From assembly GCA_963801355.1 (NCBI GenBank), contig CAWDEM010000008.1, positions 1,440,001 to 1,504,000 of the forward strand: a stretch of 64,000 nucleotides of DNA, in the 5' to 3' direction. Source of the DNA: Ignavibacteriota bacterium (GTDB taxonomy: Bacteria; Bacteroidota; Ignavibacteria; UBA10030; UBA6906). Positions 10,059 through 19,056 of the stretch are shown one piece after another; the first letter of the stretch is position 1; each line of letters begins with the position of its first letter. The position numbers were made by a program, and so were the translations under genes. Under the pieces are notes generated by a model. The model made no database searches. It saw only the letters and a program-made list of their open reading frames with translations, and was not told the DNA's origin.

Positions 10059-11972
10059 ATGAGATGCACAACCAGTCGATTGGCGTTCATAATCATGTTG
10101 TCGGTGGTAGGGACCCTTTCCGGCGCAACCGACAATCTCGGCAACGGCTTCTTCCATCACGGAATAGCCACACCGGTCAGCAACCACCGCGGCACAGTTG
10201 CCACCATTGACGGCAACGGACGCGACATCGTTCTCGTCTGGCTATTCGACCACCGGGGCGGCTATGCTTTGCTGCTCATCGACGCCGAGACCGGCAAGAG
10301 CGAGGAGTTCCCCGTCCCCTTTCCTCCCGGAGGCGACTGCCCCTACGCCTCGATCCTTTCGAGCGGCAACAAGTTCTATACCCACTTCAACAGTTTCTTC
10401 GTGGAATTCGACCCGGTCAAGCGGGCATTCACGTTTTTCCATGAAACGAATCCGCAGATGGCCATGGGGATGACCGAGGACGACAACGGCGTCATCTGGT
10501 CGGTCAGCTACCCCAAGAGCGGCGTAGTCTCGTTCAACCCGAAGACCCGGGAATTCAAGGACTACGGTCACGTGTACGCACAGAACTGGCCCCAGTATCA
10601 GCGGTTCGTGGCCGCAGACGACGCCGGTTGGATCTACTTCGGTCTGGGCAATACGGCCAGCCAGATCGTCGCCTTCGACCCCGCGACCGTCCAGGCGAAA
10701 CCTATGCTCGCGGAAAGCGATCGTAAGACGGGCATCGCCTATCTCTATCGCGACCTCGATGGAAAGGTCTACGGCCAGTCACTCCGCAGCGAGGATGAGA
10801 AATGGCTTGAATTCTACAAAGGGATTGGCAGGGCGATAGGCAACCACGATTCGATCCGGCCAAAGCCGATCATCACCGGCAGCCAGGCGTTGTTTTATAT
10901 CGACTTTCCCGACGGCAAGAAGATCAAGGAGTGCAACCTGATCGAACGCCGGCTCATCATCGAGGATCCCAAAACGAATTCCGTTAAAGAGTTCCACTTC
11001 GAATACACCAGCGAGGGAGCCCACATCATGGGCGTTGCGGGTGCGCCGGATGGCTCGATCAGCGGCGGCACCGCATTCCCCATGCGCTTTTTTAGTTATT
11101 TCCCCAAGAAGGACATATGGCAGAGCCACGAAGCCTACTTGCAGTGCAACACAGTGGGACGGCAGGGGGATCGGTTTTTTGTCGGCGGTTATACTCAAGG
11201 GTTTCTTCTGGAGTGGGATCCCTCCAAACCATGGGTGAACACGGTAAAAGACAAAGCGGACTGCAACCCCCTCTTCCTGACCGACTGCGCCCCGACGATC
11301 TACCGTCCTCACCGGCTGCTCATGCATCCCGACGGCAAGACGGTCATAATGGGTGGCACACCCGACTACGGCTATACGGGTGGCGGCTTGCTGTTCTGGG
11401 ACCGGGAGAAGCGCACGCGGGTCCTGCTGACCCACACCGACATCATTCCCCAGCACTCGACCATGAGCCTGGCCGCTTTACCAAATGGCAAGCTCCTGGG
11501 CGGCACCACCACCAGTCCGGGCACGGGCGGGGAGAAGAAAGCGGAGGAAGCCGAACTCTACATCATGGACATGGCATCAAAGAAGCTGGAGTGGCATCAG
11601 GTCGTGTTCCCGGGCGTTCAGGAATACACCGATATGTGCTTGGGACCGAAAGGTCTGATCTACGGGTTCGCGGACAAGAAAAAGTTCTTCGTGTTCGACG
11701 CCGCGAAACGGGCCGTTGTCTATGAACGAGATGTTGACGCCGATCTCGGACTCACGACCGGCCAGCAGGGCCCGCGGCTCTTCGTTCGCGGACCAGAAGG
11801 TGAGATATACGTCCTCTTTGTCAAAGGGATTGCTCGCGTCGAACCGACATCTTACATGTTGACCATGCTTGCTCAATCTCCGGTTCCCATTGATGCCGGT
11901 GGCGATTACCTCGACGGGCGCATCTATTTTACCAGCGGCTCGCACCTCTATAGTTTCGAGATCAAGAAGTAA
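10059..11972 (+). CDS. Secreted multi-blade beta-propeller protein, function unknown
   Basis: Signal peptide; repeated blades such as DDNGVIWSVS, DDAGWIYFG, PDGKTVIMGG, LPNGKLLGGT, GPKGLIYG. Confidence 0.75.
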   Translation: MRCTTSRLAFIIMLSVVGTLSGATDNLGNGFFHHGIATPVSNHRGTVATIDGNGRDIVLVWLFDHRGGYALLLIDAETGKSEEFPVPFPPGGDCPYASILSSGNKFYTHFNSFFVEFDPVKRAFTFFHETNPQMAMGMTEDDNGVIWSVSYPKSGVVSFNPKTREFKDYGHVYAQNWPQYQRFVAADDAGWIYFGLGNTASQIVAFDPATVQAKPMLAESDRKTGIAYLYRDLDGKVYGQSLRSEDEKWLEFYKGIGRAIGNHDSIRPKPIITGSQALFYIDFPDGKKIKECNLIERRLIIEDPKTNSVKEFHFEYTSEGAHIMGVAGAPDGSISGGTAFPMRFFSYFPKKDIWQSHEAYLQCNTVGRQGDRFFVGGYTQGFLLEWDPSKPWVNTVKDKADCNPLFLTDCAPTIYRPHRLLMHPDGKTVIMGGTPDYGYTGGGLLFWDREKRTRVLLTHTDIIPQHSTMSLAALPNGKLLGGTTTSPGTGGEKKAEEAELYIMDMASKKLEWHQVVFPGVQEYTDMCLGPKGLIYGFADKKKFFVFDAAKRAVVYERDVDADLGLTTGQQGPRLFVRGPEGEIYVLFVKGIARVEPTSYMLTMLAQSPVPIDAGGDYLDGRIYFTSGSHLYSFEIKK

Positions 11973-12052
11973 CCACCTTGAGGGCTGTGCCTCTTCGTGG
12001 GCGGCGTCGCCGGCAGCGGCGATCAACCAGGGTACTGCGCCGATGGCCAACG

Positions 12053-12814
12053 TCATGCTGTGCCCGGAAACCTTCGAGTGGTTTCTGCAGAGCTTGGAAC
12101 CATTGTTGCAGGCGTCGAAGCGATTGCCGATACGTTGAATCCTTTTGCAAACAACCATACCGGCATAAGGATGATTTCAAAGAATGCAACGGGAACAGCC
12201 AATATAGTTCCGGAACCGCCGGGTGTGGGATCGAGCACACCAAATAGGGCAAGTATAGCGGCTGGCAGCAACAAAGCGTATCCAACAATACCGACTATGG
12301 ATATAAACCGCGGAACGAGTTTTGTCTGATAGAGGATGATCGTAAGAATGATACCGCCCAAGCCCAGGAAGACTAATTGCAGGATGTTCAGAAACCAATT
12401 TTCCGCCTGTTTGAGCACCGAGCCTATTGCTTGATACGAAGAGACGTCCGTCGCTCCTGCCTTGATGAATTCCTGGCTTAACGGTATGAGCATCATTGCG
12501 AAGAATACGCCGACAATCATTAATAGGGACTCGAATATTCTCATGCTCAAGTATCCGAGAGCTATGCTTTCACTCTGCTTCTTTAAAATTGGAAACATCA
12601 GAAGCCCGATAAATACAATGCCGATGTCATTGATCAACCAACCGAGCATTCCGCTTATGACGGTTGTGCTTTTAGGAAAAACCGTAGTCAGATAATCTGG
12701 TGCATTGATAACGGGATTGATAAGGACAGCACCGGCTATTGCGCCAAAAGCTGTGACCAGCCACAGGGATGCAAGCAATATTTCTGTTCTACGGATTGAG
12801 GCATTTGAAGTCAT
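12053..12814 (-). CDS. DUF4386-family membrane protein
   Basis: About 6 TM helices; MFPILKK...ALGYLSMRIFES; LYQTKLVPRFISIVG; FEIILMPVWLFAKGFN. Confidence 0.75.
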   Translation of the reverse strand: MTSNASIRRTEILLASLWLVTAFGAIAGAVLINPVINAPDYLTTVFPKSTTVISGMLGWLINDIGIVFIGLLMFPILKKQSESIALGYLSMRIFESLLMIVGVFFAMMLIPLSQEFIKAGATDVSSYQAIGSVLKQAENWFLNILQLVFLGLGGIILTIILYQTKLVPRFISIVGIVGYALLLPAAILALFGVLDPTPGGSGTILAVPVAFFEIILMPVWLFAKGFNVSAIASTPATMVPSSAETTRRFPGTA

Positions 12815-12853
12815 GGTATTTTCTTTGTCTGAACAATATGATGGGTTTCACTT

Positions 12854-13195
12854 CTATAATTTGAAGCGTGCAGCCAGCTCGTTGTCAACGAGAACTGTCG
12901 TTTCCCAGCCAGCTCCAAATATTCCCAGGATCCCGTTGTTGTACACCGCAAAGAAATGCACATCGTGTCCGCGGTAGGTTCCTTTCGCATCAATCGTGTT
13001 GGCGAAAGCAGCGGGCTTATCTGCCACGACCACGCTATCATCGATGGCTATCGAGATCATGCTGGTGATGGGCGCTTTGCTTGCAGTAATATTCCATTGT
13101 GTCTCGGAATCCTTCAATTTATACGAAGCAAACTGGGACGCTGTGCAGCCGGCGAGCAGCACGAGGCCGCAGAGGGCAAGCAAGGTTTTGCTCAT
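12854..13195 (-). CDS. Small hypothetical lipoprotein
   Basis: GGAGGT RBS; lipobox LLAG-C; 113 aa. Confidence 0.7.
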   Translation of the reverse strand: MSKTLLALCGLVLLAGCTASQFASYKLKDSETQWNITASKAPITSMISIAIDDSVVVADKPAAFANTIDAKGTYRGHDVHFFAVYNNGILGIFGAGWETTVLVDNELAARFKL

Positions 13196-13663
13196 GATGC
13201 TACCTCCGTATGTGGTTTGTGTGGACTGTGGAATGACACGATTCGATTGCGTCTGACGTTCAAGTTGCGGTTCGACGCGCGAACCGAAAAGAGTCTCTGA
13301 AGCCAATGGCGATTTTCTTTCATGATCTCAGCAGGCATTCATTTCCGTGAAGAAGGCAGGACAATTAAGACTTCTTAACACTCGCTGAAAAAGAATGGTT
13401 CCCGGCAATAATTGACATCACGCCGTCAAGTTTTTTCAATAGTCCGTTGACAGAGGAATCAGTGTCAACGACGAGCCAGACATGGCCCTATATTCCCGTG
13501 CACAAACGGCATACGACGGCGAATCGGCGGGCATTATGCAGCAATGAACAGTATCGTTTCGCCTATAGTAGAAACAGAATATGCGCCAGGAGACCGGGAC
13601 CTTGCGCTTTGCGCTCTCCGCGATTCCTCAACGACAATCCAAACGTTCCATATTTGTTTGCTC

Positions 13664-13693
13664 TTGACCAATATACGCCAATGGCGTATATTG
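13664..13693 (+). promoter_or_regulatory. TA promoter overlapped by a perfect 12-bp palindromic operator
   Basis: TTGACC(13664-69)-17 bp-TATATT(13687-92); CAATATACGCCA-A-TGGCGTATATTG; ATG only 5 nt after the -10 box. Confidence 0.75.
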
Positions 13694-13697
13694 TCCT

Positions 13698-13872
13698 ATG
13701 CTGATTATTGAGACGCCGGTATTCACCAAACGAGTGCTGGAAGCCCTTACCGACGATGAGTACAGGGAACTTCAGCATTTCATTGCAGAACACCCTGAGG
13801 CAGGCAACATCATTCCCGGGCAGCCACGGCCTTCGGAAGCTGCGGTGGACAATCTCAGGCAAAGGAGCTGCT
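13698..13872 (+). pseudogene. RelE/HigB-type toxin, frameshifted and missing its C-terminal half
   Basis: MLIIETPVFTKRV...EYRELQ...HPEAGNIIPG continues in another frame as SHGLRKLRWTISGKG, then runs straight into the antitoxin RBS. Confidence 0.8.
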
Positions 13873-14163
13873 ATGAAGAAAGACGTATTTGATGAACTGC
13901 TGATGAGTATTGAACAAAGCAACAAAATACTGCGAGACAAGAAAGCGCCGAGCCGGTCGTTCCGTGTTGATAAACCAAACGTTTCGGCAATCCGACGGCA
14001 CCTGGGGCTCACTCAGCAGAAGTTCGCAGAGCTACTCGGGATCAGTCCGGCAACACTCCGCAACTGGGAACAAGGCAGAAGAAGACCTGAAGGTGCCGCA
14101 CGCGTACTTCTCTGTGTCGCGGCAAAATATCCATACGCTGTTTTGGATACTGTTCGCGCCTGA
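13873..14163 (+). CDS. HigA-like XRE helix-turn-helix antitoxin
   Basis: MKKDVFDELLMSIEQ; IRRHLGLTQQKFAELLGISPATLRNWEQGRRRPEGAARVLL. Confidence 0.88.
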   Translation: MKKDVFDELLMSIEQSNKILRDKKAPSRSFRVDKPNVSAIRRHLGLTQQKFAELLGISPATLRNWEQGRRRPEGAARVLLCVAAKYPYAVLDTVRA

Positions 14164-14252
14164 CCTCCGTAGCCGCAAGAAAACCCCGCAAGGATGACTT
14201 ATTACATCCCTTGGTTGGGTCGGACAGGGTTCGCATGTTTGTTGGCATGCGA

Positions 14253-15623
14253 TCACACATAACCGAACACGAACGGAAAAACGATCACAACTATGGCTCC
14301 CCACACAGCGTACACGGGAAGGTAGTTGGTCTGCCATCGTTCGAGGTCGGTGAACGGTCCGCGTCCTCTCAGAAAGCGGATGTACAGAACGGCAGACCAT
14401 GTGAGATTAGCGAGGAGGATCACGTTCACACCCAGACCAGCCACCCGATTGGGCGTATAACCGAACTCGCTGATGCGCGCAGAGATGGCCCACAACGCTA
14501 CCGTGTCTGCCAACAGAGCACTGACCACCAACACAACCTGCATCACGTCAAAAACCCCCCGGGGCAGCTGTGCGTCTCGAGCGGAGACAGAATAGAGCAG
14601 AAGGCCCAGAACGACCACCAACAGAAGGTCGAAGGCAATGAGGACTTCACGTTCGATATCCAGGGCTCGCCCGGTCAGAACCATGGTCGCGAGAAACGTG
14701 ACCAACAGAATGGCGAACAGAGGAGTAAAGAGGCGGGTCAAAACGGGGACCATGTTTTCGATCACGCTCTGTTTGGCCTCGACCAGCCAGGAGGCGATAA
14801 GGACCGCCCCTGCGGCTCCGCACGGGATCAGCCAAGATTGGATGAACCACTCTGCATCGACGCCGATGGTTTTGAACATCATCATCAGGAATCCCGTGAA
14901 GACCCCACCCCCAAGAGCGATCAGCACGTAGTAGATGAACAACTCGCCGGAGAATCGGATGAAGTCCATGCGCCCTGCGATCTCATTCCAGCGGCCGCCG
15001 GCGTACGCGATCCCTACCGCGACCCAGAGCGCGATCGGCAGATGCAGTGCTGAAAGCACCTCGGTGTGGCTGTGCGGTCCAAAGGGAAACATGTTGGCGA
15101 ATACGCCCGCCGCGGCGAACGCAACGACCAGCCAGAGGCACATGGTGACACCGAGCCGCCGCTTCCAAACGAAATAGCCGGTCAGCGGAGGGAGCACGAA
15201 CAGACTCAAGTTTCGCGCGTAGAAGCCGGCGACCTCCTGCAGGTGCATCCCGAAGAACTCCGGCAGTTTAATGAACGCGCCCGCGGCCACTGCAAGAGCA
15301 AAGGCGACGAAGGCATCCGAACGCCCTCCCACTCCCGGTTCCCTCGAATCGGAGGGGAGAACGACGAGCTGTTTCCAGAGGCGGTCCGAGTGTTCACGCG
15401 CGAATTCCCGTGAGAGGGCGTCGAGCGCCCCCATGCGCTTCACCGCCACCAGGAACGCCTCATCGGTGGAGAGCCCCGCCTCGATGAGGACGCCCACCTG
15501 CTCGCGCAGGTGGTCTTCTAACTCCGCTACGTCGACGGAATGAATCGCCTGTCGTCGAAGGAGATAGCTCCGCCAATGGTCGATCTGCTCTTCGAGGGAC
15601 ACTGTTTGATCATGACTCGCCAT
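14253..15623 (-). CDS. Membrane protein with permease-prefix domain (PadR partner)
   Basis: ELEDHLREQ...EAFLVAVKRMG N-terminal domain followed by many TM helices. Confidence 0.8.
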   Translation of the reverse strand: MASHDQTVSLEEQIDHWRSYLLRRQAIHSVDVAELEDHLREQVGVLIEAGLSTDEAFLVAVKRMGALDALSREFAREHSDRLWKQLVVLPSDSREPGVGGRSDAFVAFALAVAAGAFIKLPEFFGMHLQEVAGFYARNLSLFVLPPLTGYFVWKRRLGVTMCLWLVVAFAAAGVFANMFPFGPHSHTEVLSALHLPIALWVAVGIAYAGGRWNEIAGRMDFIRFSGELFIYYVLIALGGGVFTGFLMMMFKTIGVDAEWFIQSWLIPCGAAGAVLIASWLVEAKQSVIENMVPVLTRLFTPLFAILLVTFLATMVLTGRALDIEREVLIAFDLLLVVVLGLLLYSVSARDAQLPRGVFDVMQVVLVVSALLADTVALWAISARISEFGYTPNRVAGLGVNVILLANLTWSAVLYIRFLRGRGPFTDLERWQTNYLPVYAVWGAIVVIVFPFVFGYV

Positions 15624-15626
15624 CGC

Positions 15627-16013
15627 TTATGCTCCTTGTGGTAGTGGCGCTGCTGACGCCGGGTGATAGGCAGGGATGAAAAGGGAGATCGCCTTCCAGA
15701 TCCCCCGCAGCGTCGCGTCTACCGCCTGCCATTGCTTGCGTTCCTCAGCGAGCTGGTCCCGGCCCCTGGACGTGATCCGGTAGTACTTCCGACGGCGGCC
15801 ACTTTCCGCAAGTTCCCATCGCGCTTTGATCAGGCCGAGTCGCTCGAGCCGATGCAGAACCGGGTAGAGCATTCCATCCGTCCACTCCATATGACCTCCG
15901 GACAATTCTTGAACTCGCCTGATAATGGCGTAGCCGTAGCTGTCCCCGTCCGACAGGATTGCCAGGACTATCGGTGTCGAGGAAGCGGCTACCAGGTCCT
16001 TGTTGAATTCCAT
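15627..16013 (-). CDS. PadR-family transcriptional regulator
   Basis: ILSDGDSYGYAII, GMLYPVLHRLE, GRRRKYYRITSRG. Confidence 0.92.
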   Translation of the reverse strand: MEFNKDLVAASSTPIVLAILSDGDSYGYAIIRRVQELSGGHMEWTDGMLYPVLHRLERLGLIKARWELAESGRRRKYYRITSRGRDQLAEERKQWQAVDATLRGIWKAISLFIPAYHPASAAPLPQGA

Positions 16014-16054
16014 GATTTCACGCGTCGCGCGGTGTCAATTGCTCGAATGTGGCT

Positions 16055-16095
16055 ATGCATAGCACCATTATACATAACAGTTCTATGTATGTCAA
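16055..16095 (-). promoter_or_regulatory. Consensus promoter of the PadR operon with two palindromic boxes
   Basis: Minus strand TTGACA-17 bp-TATAAT (16095-90, 16072-67); ATACATA-N7-TATGTAT at 16070-90 and an imperfect copy at 16055-75. Confidence 0.8.
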
Positions 16096-16213
16096 GCCCT
16101 GCGTATTCTTTTCTTTGAGCCCCGCGAAGTGATCGAGCCACCAAGTGTTGGTGTCACTGTTGATGGTTTCCTGCGTCGCTATGGCCGCGGGGCAGGGCAG
16201 CACGTTGATTCAA

Positions 16214-16365
16214 GGCCCGCACTTCCCTCTTTGCGCAACACTGCAGGGTCTTCGAGAGGCGCATTCCCCCCTGAACAGTCAAAGCCGCGATAACCTGGTC
16301 TTTGCGGGGGAATCGCAGCCCAACCCACTCGCCTGCATAGGGGATCTTGTGATTCACGATGGCAT
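16214..16365 (+). repeat. Dispersed non-coding repeat, copy A
   Basis: 36 nt (16225-60) identical to 54619-54; colinear with copies C and B up to GTGATTCACGATGGCAT. Confidence 0.9.
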
Positions 16366-16553
16366 AGGGGTGTGCGACTGCTCGGAAGACCCCGACGGCA
16401 AGACTGAGGGTGAAACCCGCGGAAGAGAAGGGAGTGCAGATGGAGGCAAAGTGCACGTGCGCTTCCAGGTCAGGCGCGGGAGACCCCGCATTCGACCCAT
16501 GTACGCTTGGCGGCAATATGGTGTTCTAATGCAAGAAAGTCAAACGAAGCGGT

Positions 16554-16583
16554 CCGAAAGCGTTCTCACCGAAAGCGTTCTCA
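16554..16583. repeat. Tandem 15-bp duplication CCGAAAGCGTTCTCA
   Basis: Two adjacent exact copies. Confidence 0.9.
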
Positions 16584-16681
16584 CACATGTGCAATGAAAT
16601 CGAGGCGTTATTGGAAACCAGCGACAAATCCCTGCTGGCACCATTGGCCGTCAGATGATGGTGCAGCGTTCACGAAATCAA

Positions 16682-18790
16682 TCATCTGACGAGGAGCATC
16701 CGCTTCGTCGATACAAAACTCTGGCGTGAGCCTGTCGAAGGGTCCCCGGCGCTCATTCGACAGAAGTACACTCCACTCGACAGCCCGTCCGCATCAAACT
16801 CCATCGAATAGCTGCCCGCCTCCTTCTTTTCATCCATCAAGACTCTCACTTCCCTCCCAAGCATATCATACACGACCAGCCTTACCCAACTGGCTACTGG
16901 CAGCTGACTGCTGACCACTGTCTTTGGATTGAACGGGTTCGGGTAGTTCTGCAACAGGGCGAAGTCGCCGGGACTTTCTATCCCATCGGCCTCCACACCG
17001 GTGATCATCTCAGAGAGGGGTCGCATCCAGATTCCGGAGCCGCCGGTACCGACCAGGAGTCTTGTGCTGGTGGTGAAAAGTGTCCGCAGGTCAGAGGGAG
17101 TGAGACCGGTACCGATGTTGGTCCATGAGGTTCCGCCGTTAGTCGTCATGCGAATGCCGTAGGATGACGCCCCCGCGAACAGCGTCGTTCCACTGGTTGC
17201 GAGCACTGTTACATTCGGACCCAATCCCGAGGTGAGCGCTGACCAATTCGTCCCGTTGTTCGTTGACTTGAAGAGACCGCCGCCGTACGTCCCGGCGTAG
17301 ATGTCGGATCCACAGAGCGCAAGGGCGCGGATTTTCCTGACCGTGAGCCCCGTGTTCACCGGATTCCAGCTCGACCCGTTGTCTGTCGAGCGGAAGACAC
17401 CGCCGGTGTCAGCGCCCAAGAATATGTCCGCTCCTCGTGCGAGCAGTGCCTGAATTGTGTTATCGTTGAGACCAGCATTCGCAGCAGTCCAGGCATTCCC
17501 ATTATCGCTGGACCTGTACAGGCCAGAGCTCTGAGTTCCCGCAAACAGCAAGCCGTCTTTTGACGCGAGCGAATAGACCGTGTGTTCACCGATGCCGGAA
17601 TTCCGCGCCTCCCATGTCATGCCGTTGTCGGTCGAAACAAACACTCCTTTGAGATAGGAGCCTGCCCAAAGGTTAGTCTCTTTGCGGGCGAGAGCATACG
17701 TTGCCCACGGTTCGTTCCCTGGATCGGCTGGAGACCAGCTAGCGCCGTCATCGGTCGATCGATGAATACCGCCGATGTAAGAACCGGCTATGAGAGTTGT
17801 GCCACTCTGCACGAAGGAAAAAACACTAAGATTCGGGATCCCCGTCGATGACCGTCGCCATGTCGCTGCATTGTCGGTAGACCGGTATATCCCGCCGGAT
17901 TGAATCGCGACAAGCAACGCTCCACTCGTGGCAGCGAATGCCTGAACATAGACCCCCCTGAATGGCATGCCTGTATTCGCTTGCGTCCAGTTCGTACCAC
18001 TGTCTGTTGAACGATAGGGACCATTCCCGGTGCCTGCAAGAAGATCCGTCCCGACGGTCGTCAACGCAAACACGTTGAGTATAGCCAGTCCTGTATTCCT
18101 TGGTGACCAGCTCGCCCCGTTGTTCGTCGTCCGGAAGATGCCTCCGCCATAGGTTCCAACGAAGATCGAGGTTCCAACGGGCAGGATCGACCGCACCCAG
18201 ACAGTTGTCAATCCCGTGCTTCTCTGCTCCCAATGAGAGCCGTTATCGGTAGAGACAAACACGCCTCCATACCTCGTGCCTGCAAGCAGGATCGAACCCG
18301 ACACACCGAGGGCTTCGACTGAATCACTGGTCAAGCCGTTGTTGACCGGGGCCCACGAGGCACCATTGTCGGTTGATTTGTGCACTCCTCCGCCTTCAGT
18401 ACCCGCGAAGACGTTCTCACCGAGCTCTGCAAGCACTTTGACGGTGGTGTTGGTCAAGCCGGTGTTTGAGGCGCTCCAAGTGGTGCCGTCGTTGGTCGAT
18501 CGGAACAACCCTGCGGCAGTCCCTGCGAGAAGATACCCGCCTGATCGCTTCAATGACCAGATATTGAGACTCGTCAGTCCGGAACTTGCACCCATCCAGG
18601 TGACCCCATTGTCTGTTGAACGATAGACACCAGACTGATAGGTCCCAACATAGACATTCGACCCGTCGACTGTCAGACACCAGCAGGTGCCGCCGTACAC
18701 ACCGGCGCTCTGGGTCCAGCCCGCTGCAGCCTGCCCGCACGGCAGAGCAAATGCAGCCAGAATCAGGAGAGATTTCGCACTGTTCCGCAT
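16682..18790 (-). CDS. T9SS-sorted BNR/Asp-box repeat beta-propeller protein, paralogous to 3429..5525
   Basis: Signal peptide; repeats ending GVYRSTDNGxTW; FALLQNYPNPFNPKT...TKRMLLVR. Confidence 0.9.
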   Translation of the reverse strand: MRNSAKSLLILAAFALPCGQAAAGWTQSAGVYGGTCWCLTVDGSNVYVGTYQSGVYRSTDNGVTWMGASSGLTSLNIWSLKRSGGYLLAGTAAGLFRSTNDGTTWSASNTGLTNTTVKVLAELGENVFAGTEGGGVHKSTDNGASWAPVNNGLTSDSVEALGVSGSILLAGTRYGGVFVSTDNGSHWEQRSTGLTTVWVRSILPVGTSIFVGTYGGGIFRTTNNGASWSPRNTGLAILNVFALTTVGTDLLAGTGNGPYRSTDSGTNWTQANTGMPFRGVYVQAFAATSGALLVAIQSGGIYRSTDNAATWRRSSTGIPNLSVFSFVQSGTTLIAGSYIGGIHRSTDDGASWSPADPGNEPWATYALARKETNLWAGSYLKGVFVSTDNGMTWEARNSGIGEHTVYSLASKDGLLFAGTQSSGLYRSSDNGNAWTAANAGLNDNTIQALLARGADIFLGADTGGVFRSTDNGSSWNPVNTGLTVRKIRALALCGSDIYAGTYGGGLFKSTNNGTNWSALTSGLGPNVTVLATSGTTLFAGASSYGIRMTTNGGTSWTNIGTGLTPSDLRTLFTTSTRLLVGTGGSGIWMRPLSEMITGVEADGIESPGDFALLQNYPNPFNPKTVVSSQLPVASWVRLVVYDMLGREVRVLMDEKKEAGSYSMEFDADGLSSGVYFCRMSAGDPSTGSRQSFVSTKRMLLVR

Positions 18791-19056
18791 AGGTTCTCCT
18801 CTCGTGTCATTTCGTGCTCAGAGATGACGGCAATATAGCGTGTGTGGGTGACTTTTTCCAACTATCACATTCCGTTCATATAATAGTAGTGATGATGCAA
18901 CTCAACCAGAACAGCACTCCTGCACACAGCACCTCGTGTCTTCTCCGGTTCACCTGGCTACGGCATCTATTGCTGCTCCCCTGATGCGGTTGCTGACTAT
19001 CACCCAACGCGACACATTCACATCGACGAGGGACAGGACTCCGTGGCAGGCGCCGC

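Noticed and set aside
13250-13300. Minus-strand ...GCAACTTGAACGTCAGAC resembling an attC right arm
   Set aside because: GTC instead of GTT and no pairing left arm.
13412-13470. Two TTGAC...GTCAA inverted repeats
   Set aside because: Different spacers (8 and 12 nt between the TTGAC/GTCAA arms) and no gene can be assigned to them.
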